A stretch of DNA of 64,000 nt from Nitrosopumilaceae archaeon (GCA_965207375.1 CBDBMG010000002.1:160001-224000); one strand, 5' to 3'. Positions 26,296-39,066 are shown, numbered from the stretch's first letter. Notes: generated from the sequence alone by a model not told the origin. Made by a program: numbers and translations.

Positions 26296-27395
26296 ATACT
26301 ACAGATAGATAGCTAGCTATAGCTATATCGCTATGCCTCTACAATGTTAGAGAGTATAGATAGCTAGCTATGTCTGTGTATGCCTCCGCAATGTTAGATA
26401 CTGTAATATATAGATAGATAGCTATAACTATGTATGCCTCCGCAATGTTAGATACTGTAGATAGATAGCTAGCTGTAACTATATATGCCTCTGCAATGTT
26501 AGATACTATACATAGCTAACTAGCTATAACTATGTATGCCTTTGCTTTGTTAAATACTATAGATATACAATGTTAGATACCATAGATAGATGACTAGCTA
26601 TAACTATGTATCCCTCTACAATGTTAGAGACTATAGATAGATAGCCAGCTATACCTATGTATGCCTTAGGGATGAGGTAATTATGCTGGAATAATTTTTA
26701 GCATAATGCATAGAACTGTTATTCCAGCATTAAGCTAGCATTTTGTAAACAAATAATCAGGGAAAACTAGCAAACACCCAGATTTTTCAAAAGGTCATTG
26801 AAAAATAGATTGATATATTTTAATAAAACAGTCAGTACATTATTAAACTAGTGGGTTGCATTATATTACTCTAATAGAGTAGTCATGCATTGCAATAAAG
26901 TATCATTTCAAGAGTTACTGGATTGTTTAGAGAATGATCTTGGGAATAATCTTGAGAATAATGCAGATAATTTGGAGCATAATGCAGAAAAATTACAGGA
27001 AATTCTGAATAGAATAATGCAGAGAATTATGAGCATAATTACCTCAGCCCTAGTACTATGCCTCTACAATGTTAGATACTATAGATAGACAGCTAGCAAT
27101 GGCTATGTATGTCTCTACAATGTTAGATACTATAAATAGATAGATAACTATGTATGCCTCTTCAATGTTAGATAATATAGATAGATATACAATGATAGAT
27201 ACTATAGATATAGATATACAATGTTAGCTACTATAGATAGATAGCTAGCTATAACTATGTATGCCTAGACAATGTTAGATACTATAGATATATATCTAGC
27301 TATAACTATGTATGCCTCTACAATGTTAGATACTATAGATATAGATAGCTAGCTATAACTATGTATGCCTCTACAATGTTAGATAATATAGATAG
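26296..27395 (-). repeat. 51-bp minisatellite array, inverted arm
   Basis: Units read TAGATAGATAGCTAGCTATAACTATGTATGCCTCTACAATGTTAGATACTA, the reverse complement of the forward arm. Confidence 0.92.
26667..27052. mobile_element. hAT MITE (TAGGG...CCCTA)
   Basis: TIRs TAGGGATGAGGTAATTATGCT / AGCATAATTACCTCAGCCCTA; degenerate TSD GTATGCCT; GCATAAT/GAATAAT subterminal repeats. Confidence 0.8.
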
Positions 27396-27639
27396 ATTAG
27401 ATATGGCTTGATATGGGGATACATAAACTTTAATAAACAAAGAAGTTACCAGTAACCAAGGTAACATGGTAACCATATTGATACTTAATCAGATTGGAAT
27501 AAAAATTGGAACTGCAGAACAACCCATGCTTAGAGTGCATGGTGGTAAGCAGATATACCGAGTTTCTGGCTAAGTTATGTTACATTACTGCATGAAACAA
27601 ATGCAGCAAGTAGCTATTAATTTAACTTAGGTAACTGAG

Positions 27640-28935
27640 TAGCTAACTGTTCGTAAAATTGATGCATTTTGGGAAGAGTAGTCTTATAGCGGAATTGCAG
27701 CTTCAGTTAACTCTGGTGTCCAGTTAGCTATTTCTGGTGTCATTAAACGAAAGATACTAATAATATGAGTAACTTCAGGAATTCTGTATACTGTTGGCAA
27801 TGATGTGCAGCCTCGGTAACTCTGGTAACCTGCTATATACTTTATGGTCTTATTGAACCAAAGAATATAATCAACTATTAACTGCGGTATTTACTGGTAA
27901 CACTGGGAACTGTGGTAACCGTTGGTAATTTTGATGCATTTTGGGAAGGAAGGTCTTGTAGTGAAACTACAACCTTGGTAACTTTGGTAACCTGCTACTT
28001 TATGGTCTTATCAAACAAAAGAATATAATCAACTATTAACTGCGGTATTTACTGGTAACACTGGGAACTGTCGTAACCGTTGGTAATTTTGATGCATTTT
28101 GGAACGGATAGACTTTTAGTGGAATTACAACCTCGGTAACTCTGATAACCTGCTACTTTATGGTCTTATTGAAGAATATAATCAACTATTAACTGCGATA
28201 TTTACTGGTAACTTTGGGAACTGTGGTAACCGTTGGCAATTTTGATGCATTTTGGGAAGGAAGGTCTTGTAGTGAAACTACAACCTTGGTAACTTTGGTA
28301 ACCTGCTACTTTGAGGTCTTAACAATATAATCAACTATTAACTGCGGTATTTACTGGTAACTCTAGGAACTGTGGTAACCGTTGGTAATTTTGATGCATT
28401 TTGGGAAGGAAGGTCTTGTAGTAAAACTACAACCTTGGTAACTCTGGTAACCTGCTACTTTATGGTGTTATCGAACAAAGGAATAAATCAACTATATTAT
28501 TAAGAGTCAGCATTTACCGGTAACTCTGGGAACTGTAGTAATTATAACTGTTGGTAATTTTGATGCATTTTGGGAAGGGTACACTTGTAGTGGAATTACA
28601 ACCTTGGTAACTCTGGTAACTGGCTACTTTGTAGTCTTATCGAATGGAACATAGCAGCATTTACTGGTAACTCTGGTAACTGTGGTAACTGTTAGTAATT
28701 TTGATGCATTTTGGGAAGGAAGGTCTTGTAGTGGAATTACAACATTGATTACTATCAGACTGGTAACTTGCTACTTCATGGTCTTATCAAATAAAGGAAT
28801 AAATCAACTGTAATATTAAGTGCAGCATTTACCGGTAACTTTGGGAACTGTAGTAACCATCGGTACTTATGATGCATTTTGGGAAGGGGACCCTTGTAGT
28901 GGAATTACAACCTTGGTAACTGTGGTAACTGGCTA
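27640..28935. repeat. ~140-170-bp tandem repeat, 7-8 copies
   Basis: Recurring TTTGATGCATTTTGGGAAGG...CTTGTAGTG(G/A)AA(T/C)TACAACCTTGGTAAC...ATCAACTATTAA...TTTACTGGTAAC, rich in GGTAAC. Confidence 0.9.
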
Positions 28936-29114
28936 CCCTCAAAATTGGCTTCAGGTAAGATTTACATGCATAAATACTTTAGAATATGATACAGTTCTGC
29001 AAAAGATAAAATCTTTGTAACATGTGCTTTGACTTGGAAGTATTTTGTGACCATGATACATTTTTTAAATAATTAGCACAAATGTGAGAAACTTTATAGG
29101 TACAATTGCAATAC

Positions 29115-29285
29115 TCAGGTACCTGATGTATAAGACAACTCAACTGCTGTATAAGAGTATACATAATGTACTCACCTGGCTGCTGTATAAGAGTAATGTA
29201 CCATTACCTGACTGCTGTATAAGAGTAATGTATTATTACCTGACTGCTGTAAAGAGTAATGTACTTTAACCTGACTGCTATATAG
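29115..29285. repeat. ~30-bp tandem repeat
   Basis: About five copies of ACCTGACTGCTGTATAAGAGTAATGTA. Confidence 0.8.
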
Positions 29286-29827
29286 GCAGATATACAGTTT
29301 AAACACAAAGACACAAGGGACATTTACATATGCTGTTCACCATATAATGCAATAACTGTGCTATTTTAGCTAATACACTACTGTGTAGTTTGGGCACATG
29401 AAATGTCATAAAATATAACACACTTTAAATCTCCTCAAATTTGACATGCTAACTACACTACATACCCATCTGCATAGATGTATCATGAGTCAAATTTACA
29501 CATTAGTGTTAAATTTACTGTATAGCTACAACCCATTGCTTTTTTACCGGTAAGCTTTGCAAAAAATACTGCATGCATCAAGGGATCTGACACTATAGAT
29601 TTTCTTCAACATGATTTGGAATCTGCTTGATTTGGTGTCGGACCTATTGGCATGTATTCTATGCAGAGTTGGGGGTAACTAGTTACTTTGTAACTAAGTT
29701 ACATAATATATTACTTTTAAAAGAATACCTGGACACTAAGGACCAGCTTACTGTGCTTTTATCTTTACTTATTATGCTACGTATGCTACAGTGCTCATAT
29801 TATGTCCTAGCTATATCATAGCTATAT

Positions 29828-30078
29828 GTGACCCGGTCTGACAAAACCAGTCTTATTGCCATAAAAATGTTGAGTTAATTTTGAGTCTTTCAAGTTTAAT
29901 AACTCTTTTTCTGAACACAATATTTTAGGACTAACTTCACCATGTAGCTAGCAAAAATCCTAAGCAATTCGATAAAACTTACAGAATTTGAATAGCACCT
30001 ATACAGAACAAGATAGATACCATTATACGCATGGGTGTGTTTTTGGGCAATAAGACTGGTTTTGTCAGACCGGGTCAC
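29828..30078. mobile_element. GTGAC MITE, ATAT TSD (Sola1-like target preference)
   Basis: Perfect 33-bp TIR GTGACCCGGTCTGACAAAACCAGTCTTATTGCC; ATAT on both sides. Interior is homologous to 44473-44699. Confidence 0.88.
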
Positions 30079-31318
30079 ATATACACAAATAGCTATACAT
30101 TAATAACCATTTTTGCAAAAAAATTGAGAATTTAGCCATCACTGTATAGCTAGCCGTTAGTTTTAATTATTAGCGTTGCTGGTCATAAAGAATATACATT
30201 CCTAACTATGTATGCCAGCTACGTAAACTTGGTGATGAGAAACTGTTCTGTTAATGAACATTTGCAAAAGCAGCTATCCAGATACGTAGCAACCAAACTG
30301 GAACAAAACACTAGCCATTTGAAACAGAGACAAAATGTTAGCAATTAGCAAGGTTACAATATCACTAATTAGTCAATGTGAATTGTGATTTTTAGATATT
30401 TATGTAACTATAATGGCTAGCTCTCGATGTTTTACTTACATACCGATGTCCAGTAGGCACCTGCAGATTATGCCAGCATAATTTTAAGCATGATAGGTAC
30501 ATATAATTAAAAAGCACCATGTATAATGCCAGGATAATAGGAAGTATTTGGCTAGGTATTTATAAAAGTATGGAAAATTAGATCAATATACTTTAATACA
30601 CAGTCTTACATTTTGGATGTGCGAATACTTTAATAAGGAAACAGTCCATCCTTTATACTAAACACATTATCTAAAGCATGTTAAATGACAACATATAGCT
30701 AGCTGGAGTGCTTTCTAAAAGTTCAGTGTGAGTATATATACTTATAGTTAGTTGTACTACATTGGTAGCTCTAGTTATATATGTCTACTCACATAGGCAG
30801 GTTACTCTGAAAATTTTAGTGACTAGCTAGCTAGTTTCAGAATTTGTGAATACACTAATTTTGAATAATTGTGCTTTAGCTAGCTACTGTGTGGCTATGT
30901 TGTTTAAAATACCATCAGCACACTACTTTGTAGCATATAACTAGTTATATGGCTAATACCTAACATCATATTCAATTTAAATCTAAAGTCTTCAGTGATT
31001 TGTGTTAAAAAATCTTTCCTTGTTTTTGCTGACTAACAAATCACTATATTGACACATAACCACATATAGACCATAAAGTTCTTTAAATTATGAATCAAAT
31101 TTGAAGAAACTGTGCTAATCAGTTACATATAACAACATGGGATACAATATATATAGTTAAAAGCTATAGCTACTGTAATAAATTTTAAAATCTTTATAAG
31201 CTAATTAAGCTTAGTAGCTATAGATGCTTCTTAAATTGCTATATAGTTACCTATATGCATAACTGGCAGTGCATGCACAGTATAGTTCATATATATGATT
31301 ATTGTATAATGTATATAG

Positions 31319-32022
31319 CACCCAGCAAAATCACAGTCAATCCACAATCACAACTTGTACATGAAGGTGCTACTCTCAGTCTATCATGTGAGGCAACAGG
31401 TAGTGGTCCCATCAGGTATCAGTGGAGGAGAGTTAATGGAGAGATTAGCAGTGATAGAGCTGAGGGAGTAAACACATCCACACTGACTATATCACCAGTG
31501 ACACTACAAGATATGGATGAGTATTATTGTGTGGCTAGTAATGATCTAAAAGATGAATCAAAAACTGCTATTGTTGCTGTTTTATCAAAGACTACTGATA
31601 AAGTCCCATTCCATTAACCACTGTAATTTGTTTATGAAATTTAGTAGGTGAACTTGAAAAATCTACTGATGATTGTAACTGTGGTAATCATGCAATAGGA
31701 ATTGCTGCTTTGTTGGTCTTGTTAGCAGTAGTAGTAATTTGTAGTTTAGGATTATTAAGATGGATTGCTAAGTTGAAAAAAAACTTGCACAAGCCAAATC
31801 AAAAGAAAAGTAAGTTATCATAAATATTACTAATAGTCAAATATAGTAATGTTGTTCAAAATGTTCCAGAGCCAACATACGTATGAGTTAGTGTCTAATT
31901 TCAAAACTGATAATGTGAACATAGAGAAGAATCCTTCTTACTCAGTGACTGGTGTTCAGGATGGTTCATTGGATCATCATTATGATGTCATTCCTGGTAG
32001 TGATGCATGTTGTCAAGACTAA
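31319..32022 (+). CDS. 3' exons of an Ig-domain single-pass membrane receptor with cytoplasmic tyrosine motifs (possibly a pseudogene)
   Basis: Phase-1 Ig I-set exon from 31319 (PSKITVNPQSQ..LSCEATGSGPIRYQW..LTIS..DMDEYYCVASN). TM exon 31648-31809 (AIGIAALLVLLAVVVICSLGLLRWIAKLKK). Last exon ends at TAA 32022 (TYELV, NPSY, HYDVI). The Ig exon donor is not evident. Confidence 0.75.
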
Positions 32023-32062
32023 AAAGAAGTAACTGTAGCTATTGATTGTATTAGGAAAAAAT

Positions 32063-32639
32063 GTGACCGTCTCCACGAAAACCGGCCTTCGCACCTGGTA
32101 ATAATTAGAGAAACACTTGTTTATAAAGATTTTAATTAAAAATTACCAGCTTTGCTCGTACTAGGCTGCTTTTGTTTAACAGAACTGGACTTAGTAATCT
32201 ATTGAATAAAATACAGTGTACCTTTGAAATTGTTCCTTGCTTGATTTTAGGCCTTTTCAGACGATTTTTTCAAAGGTGTGCATCAATTTTAGCCCAGTGT
32301 TACAAGGGGGTGTGCGGGAGGGAGGAGGAAAAACCTCCCCAGGTGAAGACACGAGGTGACCAGTTGCCCACAGATGGTCCTGACCATACAACCAGGCCGA
32401 AGGGACATCATTCTGGTCAGGGGTAGAATTCCAGGCCGATAACACCCAATTGGTGCACTCCACAGGTGCCAATGTGTCAGTCATGGCTTTACAAGGCTGC
32501 AAAACCTCCCCTTAGAAAAGCAGACTACCTGAGACTGGCCATAGGAGACATGGTGTTTGGGTAGCTATTGAGTATAGCTATGTGCTGGGCCAAAAAAAAT
32601 TTTAGTGCAAACTAGGCTGGTTTTTGCAGAGACAGTCAC
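32063..32639. mobile_element. GTGAC-family non-autonomous element
   Basis: AAAT|GTGACCGTCTCCACGAAAACCGGCC ... GGCTGGTTTTTGCAGAGACAGTCAC|ATAT. Confidence 0.75.
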
Positions 32640-33049
32640 ATATTAACAATCCAGTAGGTAGCCAGCTATAGAGCCTAGTTAAGCAGTTGAATTTGATTTT
32701 AGTCATAAATTCATAAGAAAACAATCAACTGGCACATATGTAGTTACACCCACATTAGTTTAAATTTCACAAAATTAAACCTCAGTTTACTGCAAAATGC
32801 ATAGTATTAAGTTCCCACCATGTGCATACCAAATTGAATTTGGTATGCTCATTGTGGTAATTTTGTATTAACTTTATTGCTACTTTGTGCATTTTGCAGA
32901 GTGTTAGCTATGATGACTAGCTAGTTCACTGACATAATTGCTTGTAGCTGGTTTTAAATGGCTGCTGTTTGGGTCTTGGTTTGGTTGCTACCTGCATGGT
33001 TAGCTTATGCAAATGTTCATTAACAAAAGTTTCTTATCATCATCAAGCA

Positions 33050-34037
33050 AAGCATAGTTATAGGACTGTATTCTTTATCGATAGTGAGTCGCGAGACCAA
33101 GAAGAAGCAGGCCGTACGCAACGAACGAGTGAGTTATTTACACGTAGCACCGCTCTGAAATTTGTAAACGCTCTAAATAAGCCGCCATGATAGCTATCGC
33201 TTAGTTATTATGGACTCAGCACGTTATAACTATATATAGAATCAGTAAACCAACAATGGAGGAAATCGGCTCCACCAATCCTAAGTACCAGCCATTGCGA
33301 GTTTTATGGCACCGTTCGTGCGCCCACGCTTGAAAAACCATCCCCTTGGCACCTATTCACTCGTTTACTAAACAAATACCGTATACGTGGTAATTTGTAT
33401 ATTTCGCGAAAGACAAGTATGTAAGGATTTTCGCTGATCAGTAAGTCGAATACAGTGTTTCCTTAAGCCACTGCTTCTTTTCGAAGATTAAAATTTCGCG
33501 CTCGACAAGCCTACAGCAAAATCCGCGAAATTTACGTCCCTCGAAAATTACCGCGTATACGGTAGTACCTTCAATGTATGAAGAATCATTGACCTGAAAT
33601 CGTTTGATATCCATGACACAGGTTTTCCGTACGCGCCTTATAAACTCCTTCCTTCTATCAAAAATATTTTAGGCGCCCGTCGTTTTTTTCTTTCTTTCAT
33701 TTTCATCGCACACTTTTCGTGCGCTTGCGCGTGAATCCCGGAATTTCTATTTGAAACACTCACACTTGTTTGTCTAATAACTCACTCATTTCTGCATGGG
33801 TTTCAACCAAATTTGTATCAACACTTCTCCTATGTATGCTCTACCAGACAAACAACTTTCAGCATAAATCAATGTATTTGAGAGATACTTTTACACTGCA
33901 TGTTGATAGTTTCCATAACTCGGACCCCCTCTAAATCATTTGAATGAAATTTCAGATACACAAACTATATTGATATATGTATCTTCAGGATAAGTAAAGA
34001 AATTATGACACTTCAGTTTGTCAAAATTTGCCTTTAA
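33050..34037. mobile_element. Kolobok-like non-autonomous element (related copy at about 50280-50500)
   Basis: Ends ...GCCT|TTAA. Contains GAGTGAGTTAT / ATAACTCACTC inverted motifs. Region 33830-34030 is homologous to 50280-50500. Confidence 0.45.
33379..33562. mobile_element. pogo/Tc1-type MITE, TA TSD
   Basis: CCGTATACGTGGTAATTT / AAATTACCGCGTATACGG, flanked by TA. Confidence 0.82.
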
Positions 34038-34438
34038 TGATTTCTTTCATGCTTATGTGCCATGCAAGATAATTATACCAAACAACAAGAGGTAAACAGT
34101 ACGTGGCCACACATTATAAATAGGAGACCACTGTCCTGTTAGCATACACAAAATTTATTATAATATTGTCTTCTCCTGTAGATCAATCAACAGTAGAGGA
34201 TGGCAATGATGTAGCCTTCATTGAAGTTCTCGACTGTTTTCCACCTACGTACATAGCTAACAATTATAGTAATAACACATACTTTATATGTTCATTAGCT
34301 ATACTTGGGGGAAATACAAGGGAAACACTTAAAGTATTAACTTGCTCCTCTCTCCCTTTAAATTTTTATTACTCTGCATACTTTATATAAGGTTTCTTGT
34401 TAGGACTTGTTTATAATTGTAATCTATTTATAAAAAGC

Positions 34439-34630
34439 AGTGATATGCTAAACAAAAACAGCCAAGAAAGGCCAAGAAGTTGAACATTTTATTAAGAATC
34501 CTTTTACTTGAATGACATACAATAGTTTACAGGGCATTTTCACAAATATGATTGGCTTTGTCACTTGGCCACCTTATTTGGCCTCGCACTTTTTTACAGC
34601 CAGGCTGTTTTTGTTTAGCATATAGTTACT
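34439..34630. mobile_element. Internally deleted copy of the 50771-51210 palindromic family
   Basis: AGTGATATGCTAAACAAAAACA...TGTTTTTGTTTAGCATAT with the shared interior AAGGCCAAGAAGTTGAACA... Confidence 0.78.
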
Positions 34631-34964
34631 AAGAATTTGCTGACATTATTTCATCATGACATTGAGTTACTATATAAGTTATTTATCTTGTGAATGAATG
34701 TACAATGTACATTGTCCGGAAAGTATGCGTGTGTGTGTGTGTGTGTCTGCCCCCCAGGCTATGAAAACTATTCACGTGATTTGAAGCATGAATAATTTGT
34801 TATTACTAAGGCACAGGAGTATGAAGCTGTTTTGAAGATAAAATTTAAAAATGTAACGTTACTATGATTCCTTAGTTATGAGTCTCTGCTCATGTGATTT
34901 CTTTGTGACGTCATTGTATTATATTATTAAACATGACAGTAAATTTACAGTAGTTTAATATGTA

Positions 34965-35181
34965 CCGTATAGGGGGTAAGTTTCGCTGGGCGAAACTTTC
35001 GCGGTAGAGGCCTTTCAAGTATATTCGCGGTAAAACCTTCGCGTTACAGTAGAAAGCAGCTTATACATTTGTAGTAGCCGAGTAGCTAAATATCTTTGTT
35101 TAGCGGCGAAACTTTCGCGGTTGTGTTTGAAACCGCAAAAACCGCGAAAGTTTCGCCCATCGAAAATTACCCCCTATACGG
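34965..35181. mobile_element. 217-bp pogo/Tc1-type MITE, TA TSD, nested in a Helentron-like remnant (about 34725-35215)
   Basis: Three substitutions relative to 24244-24460, counted by eye. Confidence 0.9.
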
Positions 35182-37042
35182 TATATACAGTGCCTGATTT
35201 TAGATGGTAATACATTGACTTGTTTATTAGCAGCTTGCTCTTGCAGAAAAAGACTAGTACAGTATCCCAGTGGCCATGATTAATTTTTCAAAATGTGCTT
35301 ATAATCAATTGCGTGGGTTGACGATCATTCAACAAAATTTGAGCTCACTAAAAACCTATTATTCCAGAATAATTCTCATATAAAATAATTATATAGTAGC
35401 TATTATATTCCCAAAATTATGCCGGCATATTAGCCACAAGCCTACCTATGATTGCTTATAAACTTATTTACGTAAGTTCGAAATGCAAAAATGTGGTCAA
35501 ATTTTACTTGCATATATAAGCCCTGTTTTCTCATACCGGGTCACATTTCACAAAAATTTCACCCTTGAACTTTTTAGGCTAGCTAGCTATATGGTGTGGT
35601 GTTAAATATTATGCAACTTCTAATATTACATACAGTAACTACCCGGCTGGCTTATCATCCAGTAATTTTAAATGTAAAATCAATAAAGTGTGTGTCTGTG
35701 TGAACAATTATATAGCTATATTCTGGCTACGTACATGTAGCTAATAAACCAACTGCTTAACAACTATAATATAGTCATTTGTGCAAAAATTAACCACATA
35801 GTCACATAACATTGCCATGATTTTCAATTTTGTCTTTTCATAACTCATTATCTGTTTAAATTAACAACACAGAATTTCTACCGCAAATGTAGAATTTAAT
35901 GATGAATCTTTTAAAGCTTACAGAATACTGATATACCATTTAAAATGTAACTAGGTGTAATTTGCGCTTAGTATGGTTGATTTTCACATACCCATGGCCA
36001 GCCACATTTGTTGTCAAACGTCATGGTCTCATGAAATATTTAAGAGCCAGTTAGCTATTCATGATATCCTAGTTATCATCACTTAGTCTAATGTGATATT
36101 AACTATAATAGTTATTAATATCGTCCTCAGCAGGCTTTGCGAAGCTTCTGACTTAATACACTCATAATATAATATAACTAATACTTCCAACATAGCTAAT
36201 TATTAGCCATACCTACTGTGAGAAAATCAACTAGCTAGCAAACTACTAAAGCAATTCTACTGAAAAACTGAAAAATTAATATGTACGTAGCTTATATGTG
36301 TTCTGAGCTTTGTAAGTAGTTGCAATAAGTTCAGCCTTTGATAATAGAGTTAATGATGACATTACTTGAACTGATTATATTTGAAGTCATACGCAAACAA
36401 ATCATCAACTATATAATCAGTATAGACACCCTCCAGTACTCCACTTCCTTGATCATCAGTGTCAGTAGGATACCAACATGTCCCAGGACTTTTAAGATAA
36501 GGCCAAATATTTCCTTTCTTGACACTACATGGTGCTCAGTCACTACCTATCTTCAGTAATCCTTTGTGTTCATCAATTGATGCATCACTACCCATAAATT
36601 GACCTATTATGAATTATTTTATTAATATACATAATCATTCCCATAATTAAAATTTAATCAGGCTGTAATTTACATACATAAAATTGTAGCAATTGAAAAT
36701 TGAATGATTACCTATGAAGTAGGGTTGGGTGATACTTAAAAATGTGCACTGTGATTATTATGACACACAGACAATGCGATTATTGGCAATATTGCAATGG
36801 AGTATTTTACTATATAGCTAGTCCATAGAGCAAAGTATCACCCAGCATGTGTAGCATAAGTAAATGATAACAACTTATAATGTGGATTTGGTTGTCTATG
36901 TAAATATAATGTGTACTAGTGGTGAATCTTGTGATCAACTGGGGCACTTGCTAGTTGGCCTCACAACTCACTACTGTGAGTCTTGATACACTTTAATCCC
37001 TCGATCATATATTATTGCACACGCATGCATATATGGTGATAT

Positions 37043-37626
37043 GTGACTGGATTTGACAAAAGCCAGCTGTGGTACACGCAATAGACACACTTGATAGCTG
37101 TGTCAATTAACTAACAGTTCGTGCATGTAGCTATTGGTGGCTAAAGTTTTTCCTGTGCATGGCTTGTTTTTGGGGCCTGTCAGATGTCCATGAGTGCTCA
37201 GGTGGTCTTTAAATGGCTCTGGTAGCACTTGAAAAGTAGCCACCTTGCTGGAAAACATTAGGCAATTGTCTAATCGTCTTATTCATCGATTTGGCTATAT
37301 TTTGGGGCATTTGAAGCCTAAAAGGCCTCAGGTAAGGTCTTTCAGTGGACAAGCTCTTCATTAATTTTGATAGCTAGTTGAATTGCCTGCCATTTCAGAT
37401 AATTTTAAACTGGCATAGTCAATATCACAAATATCTCCATATAGCTAGGTGTGGAGCTCGAGGGCAGGTGGATTACAGCATTATAAATTTTTCCATGAAA
37501 CAGAATTTGTGGCAAACTGCATGCACGCAACTCCTAGCCTTCTCAAGATAGAATAATTAAAAGCAGTATTTCTAAATATTTATAGCTAATTGTGTGTGGA
37601 AGCCAGGTGTTGTCAAATCTGGTCAC
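37043..37626. mobile_element. GTGAC-family element
   Basis: ATAT|GTGACTGGATTTGACAA ... TTGTCAAATCTGGTCAC|ATAC. Confidence 0.75.
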
Positions 37627-37683
37627 ATACATGTATAAGGAGTATTCTGTGATATTATTGCACACGAGATTGATATTACTGAC

Positions 37684-38118
37684 TAGGCCTGAGCCAATTA
37701 TGCCAGCATAATTTGGAGCATAATAGGATGGTAAAAGCATCGAGCATAATGCCAGCATAATAGGTTAACTTTTTGTGCAAGGCATGCCACAAAGGCATGA
37801 ATTTTGAAAGTGACTACTGAAATTTTGAGTGAATCTACAATAATTTTTTATCAAATTAGGTATGTGATGAATGCAATGATTAAAAGTGATGAATTCAACA
37901 AAATACATTGTAGGAGTCATAATGTAAATGTATATCTGATGATAATGAGTGCAAAAAATCAACATGAATATCTTCATATAAAATATTAATTTAGCCTATT
38001 AATTTTCACATTATCACTGAGAATTCCCAAGCATAATTTTGAGCATAATGGGCTTGTTTTGGGAATTATGCTCAAAAGCATAATAGGTAATTCTAAAAGC
38101 ATAATTGGCTCAGGCCTA
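37684..38118. mobile_element. hAT MITE, 8-bp TSD
   Basis: TIRs TAGGCCTGAGCCAATTATGC / GCATAATTGGCTCAGGCCTA; perfect TSD TTACTGAC. Confidence 0.92.
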
Positions 38119-38418
38119 TTACTGACACATGGAAGTTGCTTGCAATAATTATATTGCACAGCCTATGTTATAGCTACTGATATTGGAAAGTGGCAATACT
38201 ATAAAATATTGCCTAACCTTACTAGTTACATTATTTTAACACCAGTTACATTTACCTTGTAGCTAAGCTGCCTCATTTGATTCTTCAAAATTGGACCAGT
38301 CATTTTGCTCTTCACCTTAATTATAAGTACAATACAAAAAATTATATATACGTGTATAATCCTACTCAACAATTCACAACTGATATCACAAATTTTGATG
38401 GAGTTGAAAAACTAGTAA

Positions 38419-38615
<197 letters not shown>

Positions 38616-38861
38616 TCCTACATATAAGGCAATGTTTTGTTGAATTCAAATATACCTTTACGTATCAGTGGATACATAGTATATGCATATAATTGATCAC
38701 ATTGGTGATACTGTGTGTCCTTGGGTGTATGCATCTGCACATTTTGATCCACGTACATTTGTGTATAGATGCACGTACGTATGCCTGTGTGTGTGTTTGT
38801 GTGTGTGCAAATGCGTGTACACATTGCTGGTAGGCATTAAATAGAAATGTTTAATGTGTTA

Positions 38862-39066
38862 CCGTACAGCGTAAAATTTATGCGGGGAAAATTTTGATGA
38901 ATTTGACGAATTTTGCTAATTTGTCAAACTTTTCCTCGTCAAATTTCAAGTAATTATTAATTAGAATATCATTGTACTGGGGCATTCGTCAATATTTTCC
39001 TCGTCAATATTTCAAAGAGAGGCAATTCGTCAAAATTTTCCCCCGCCAGAATTTTACACTGTACGG
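38862..39066. mobile_element. pogo/Tc1-type MITE, TA TSD
   Basis: CCGTACAGCGTAAAATT / AATTTTACACTGTACGG, with TTGACGAA/TTCGTCAA subterminal repeats. Confidence 0.85.

Noticed and set aside
23248-27395. CRISPR-like array
   Set aside because: Units are contiguous with no unique spacers, there are no cas genes, and the context is eukaryotic; this is a minisatellite.
27640-28935. Collagen-like (GNx)n or mucin-like coding repeat
   Set aside because: Stops recur in the frames examined within each unit and unit lengths vary by non-multiples of three.
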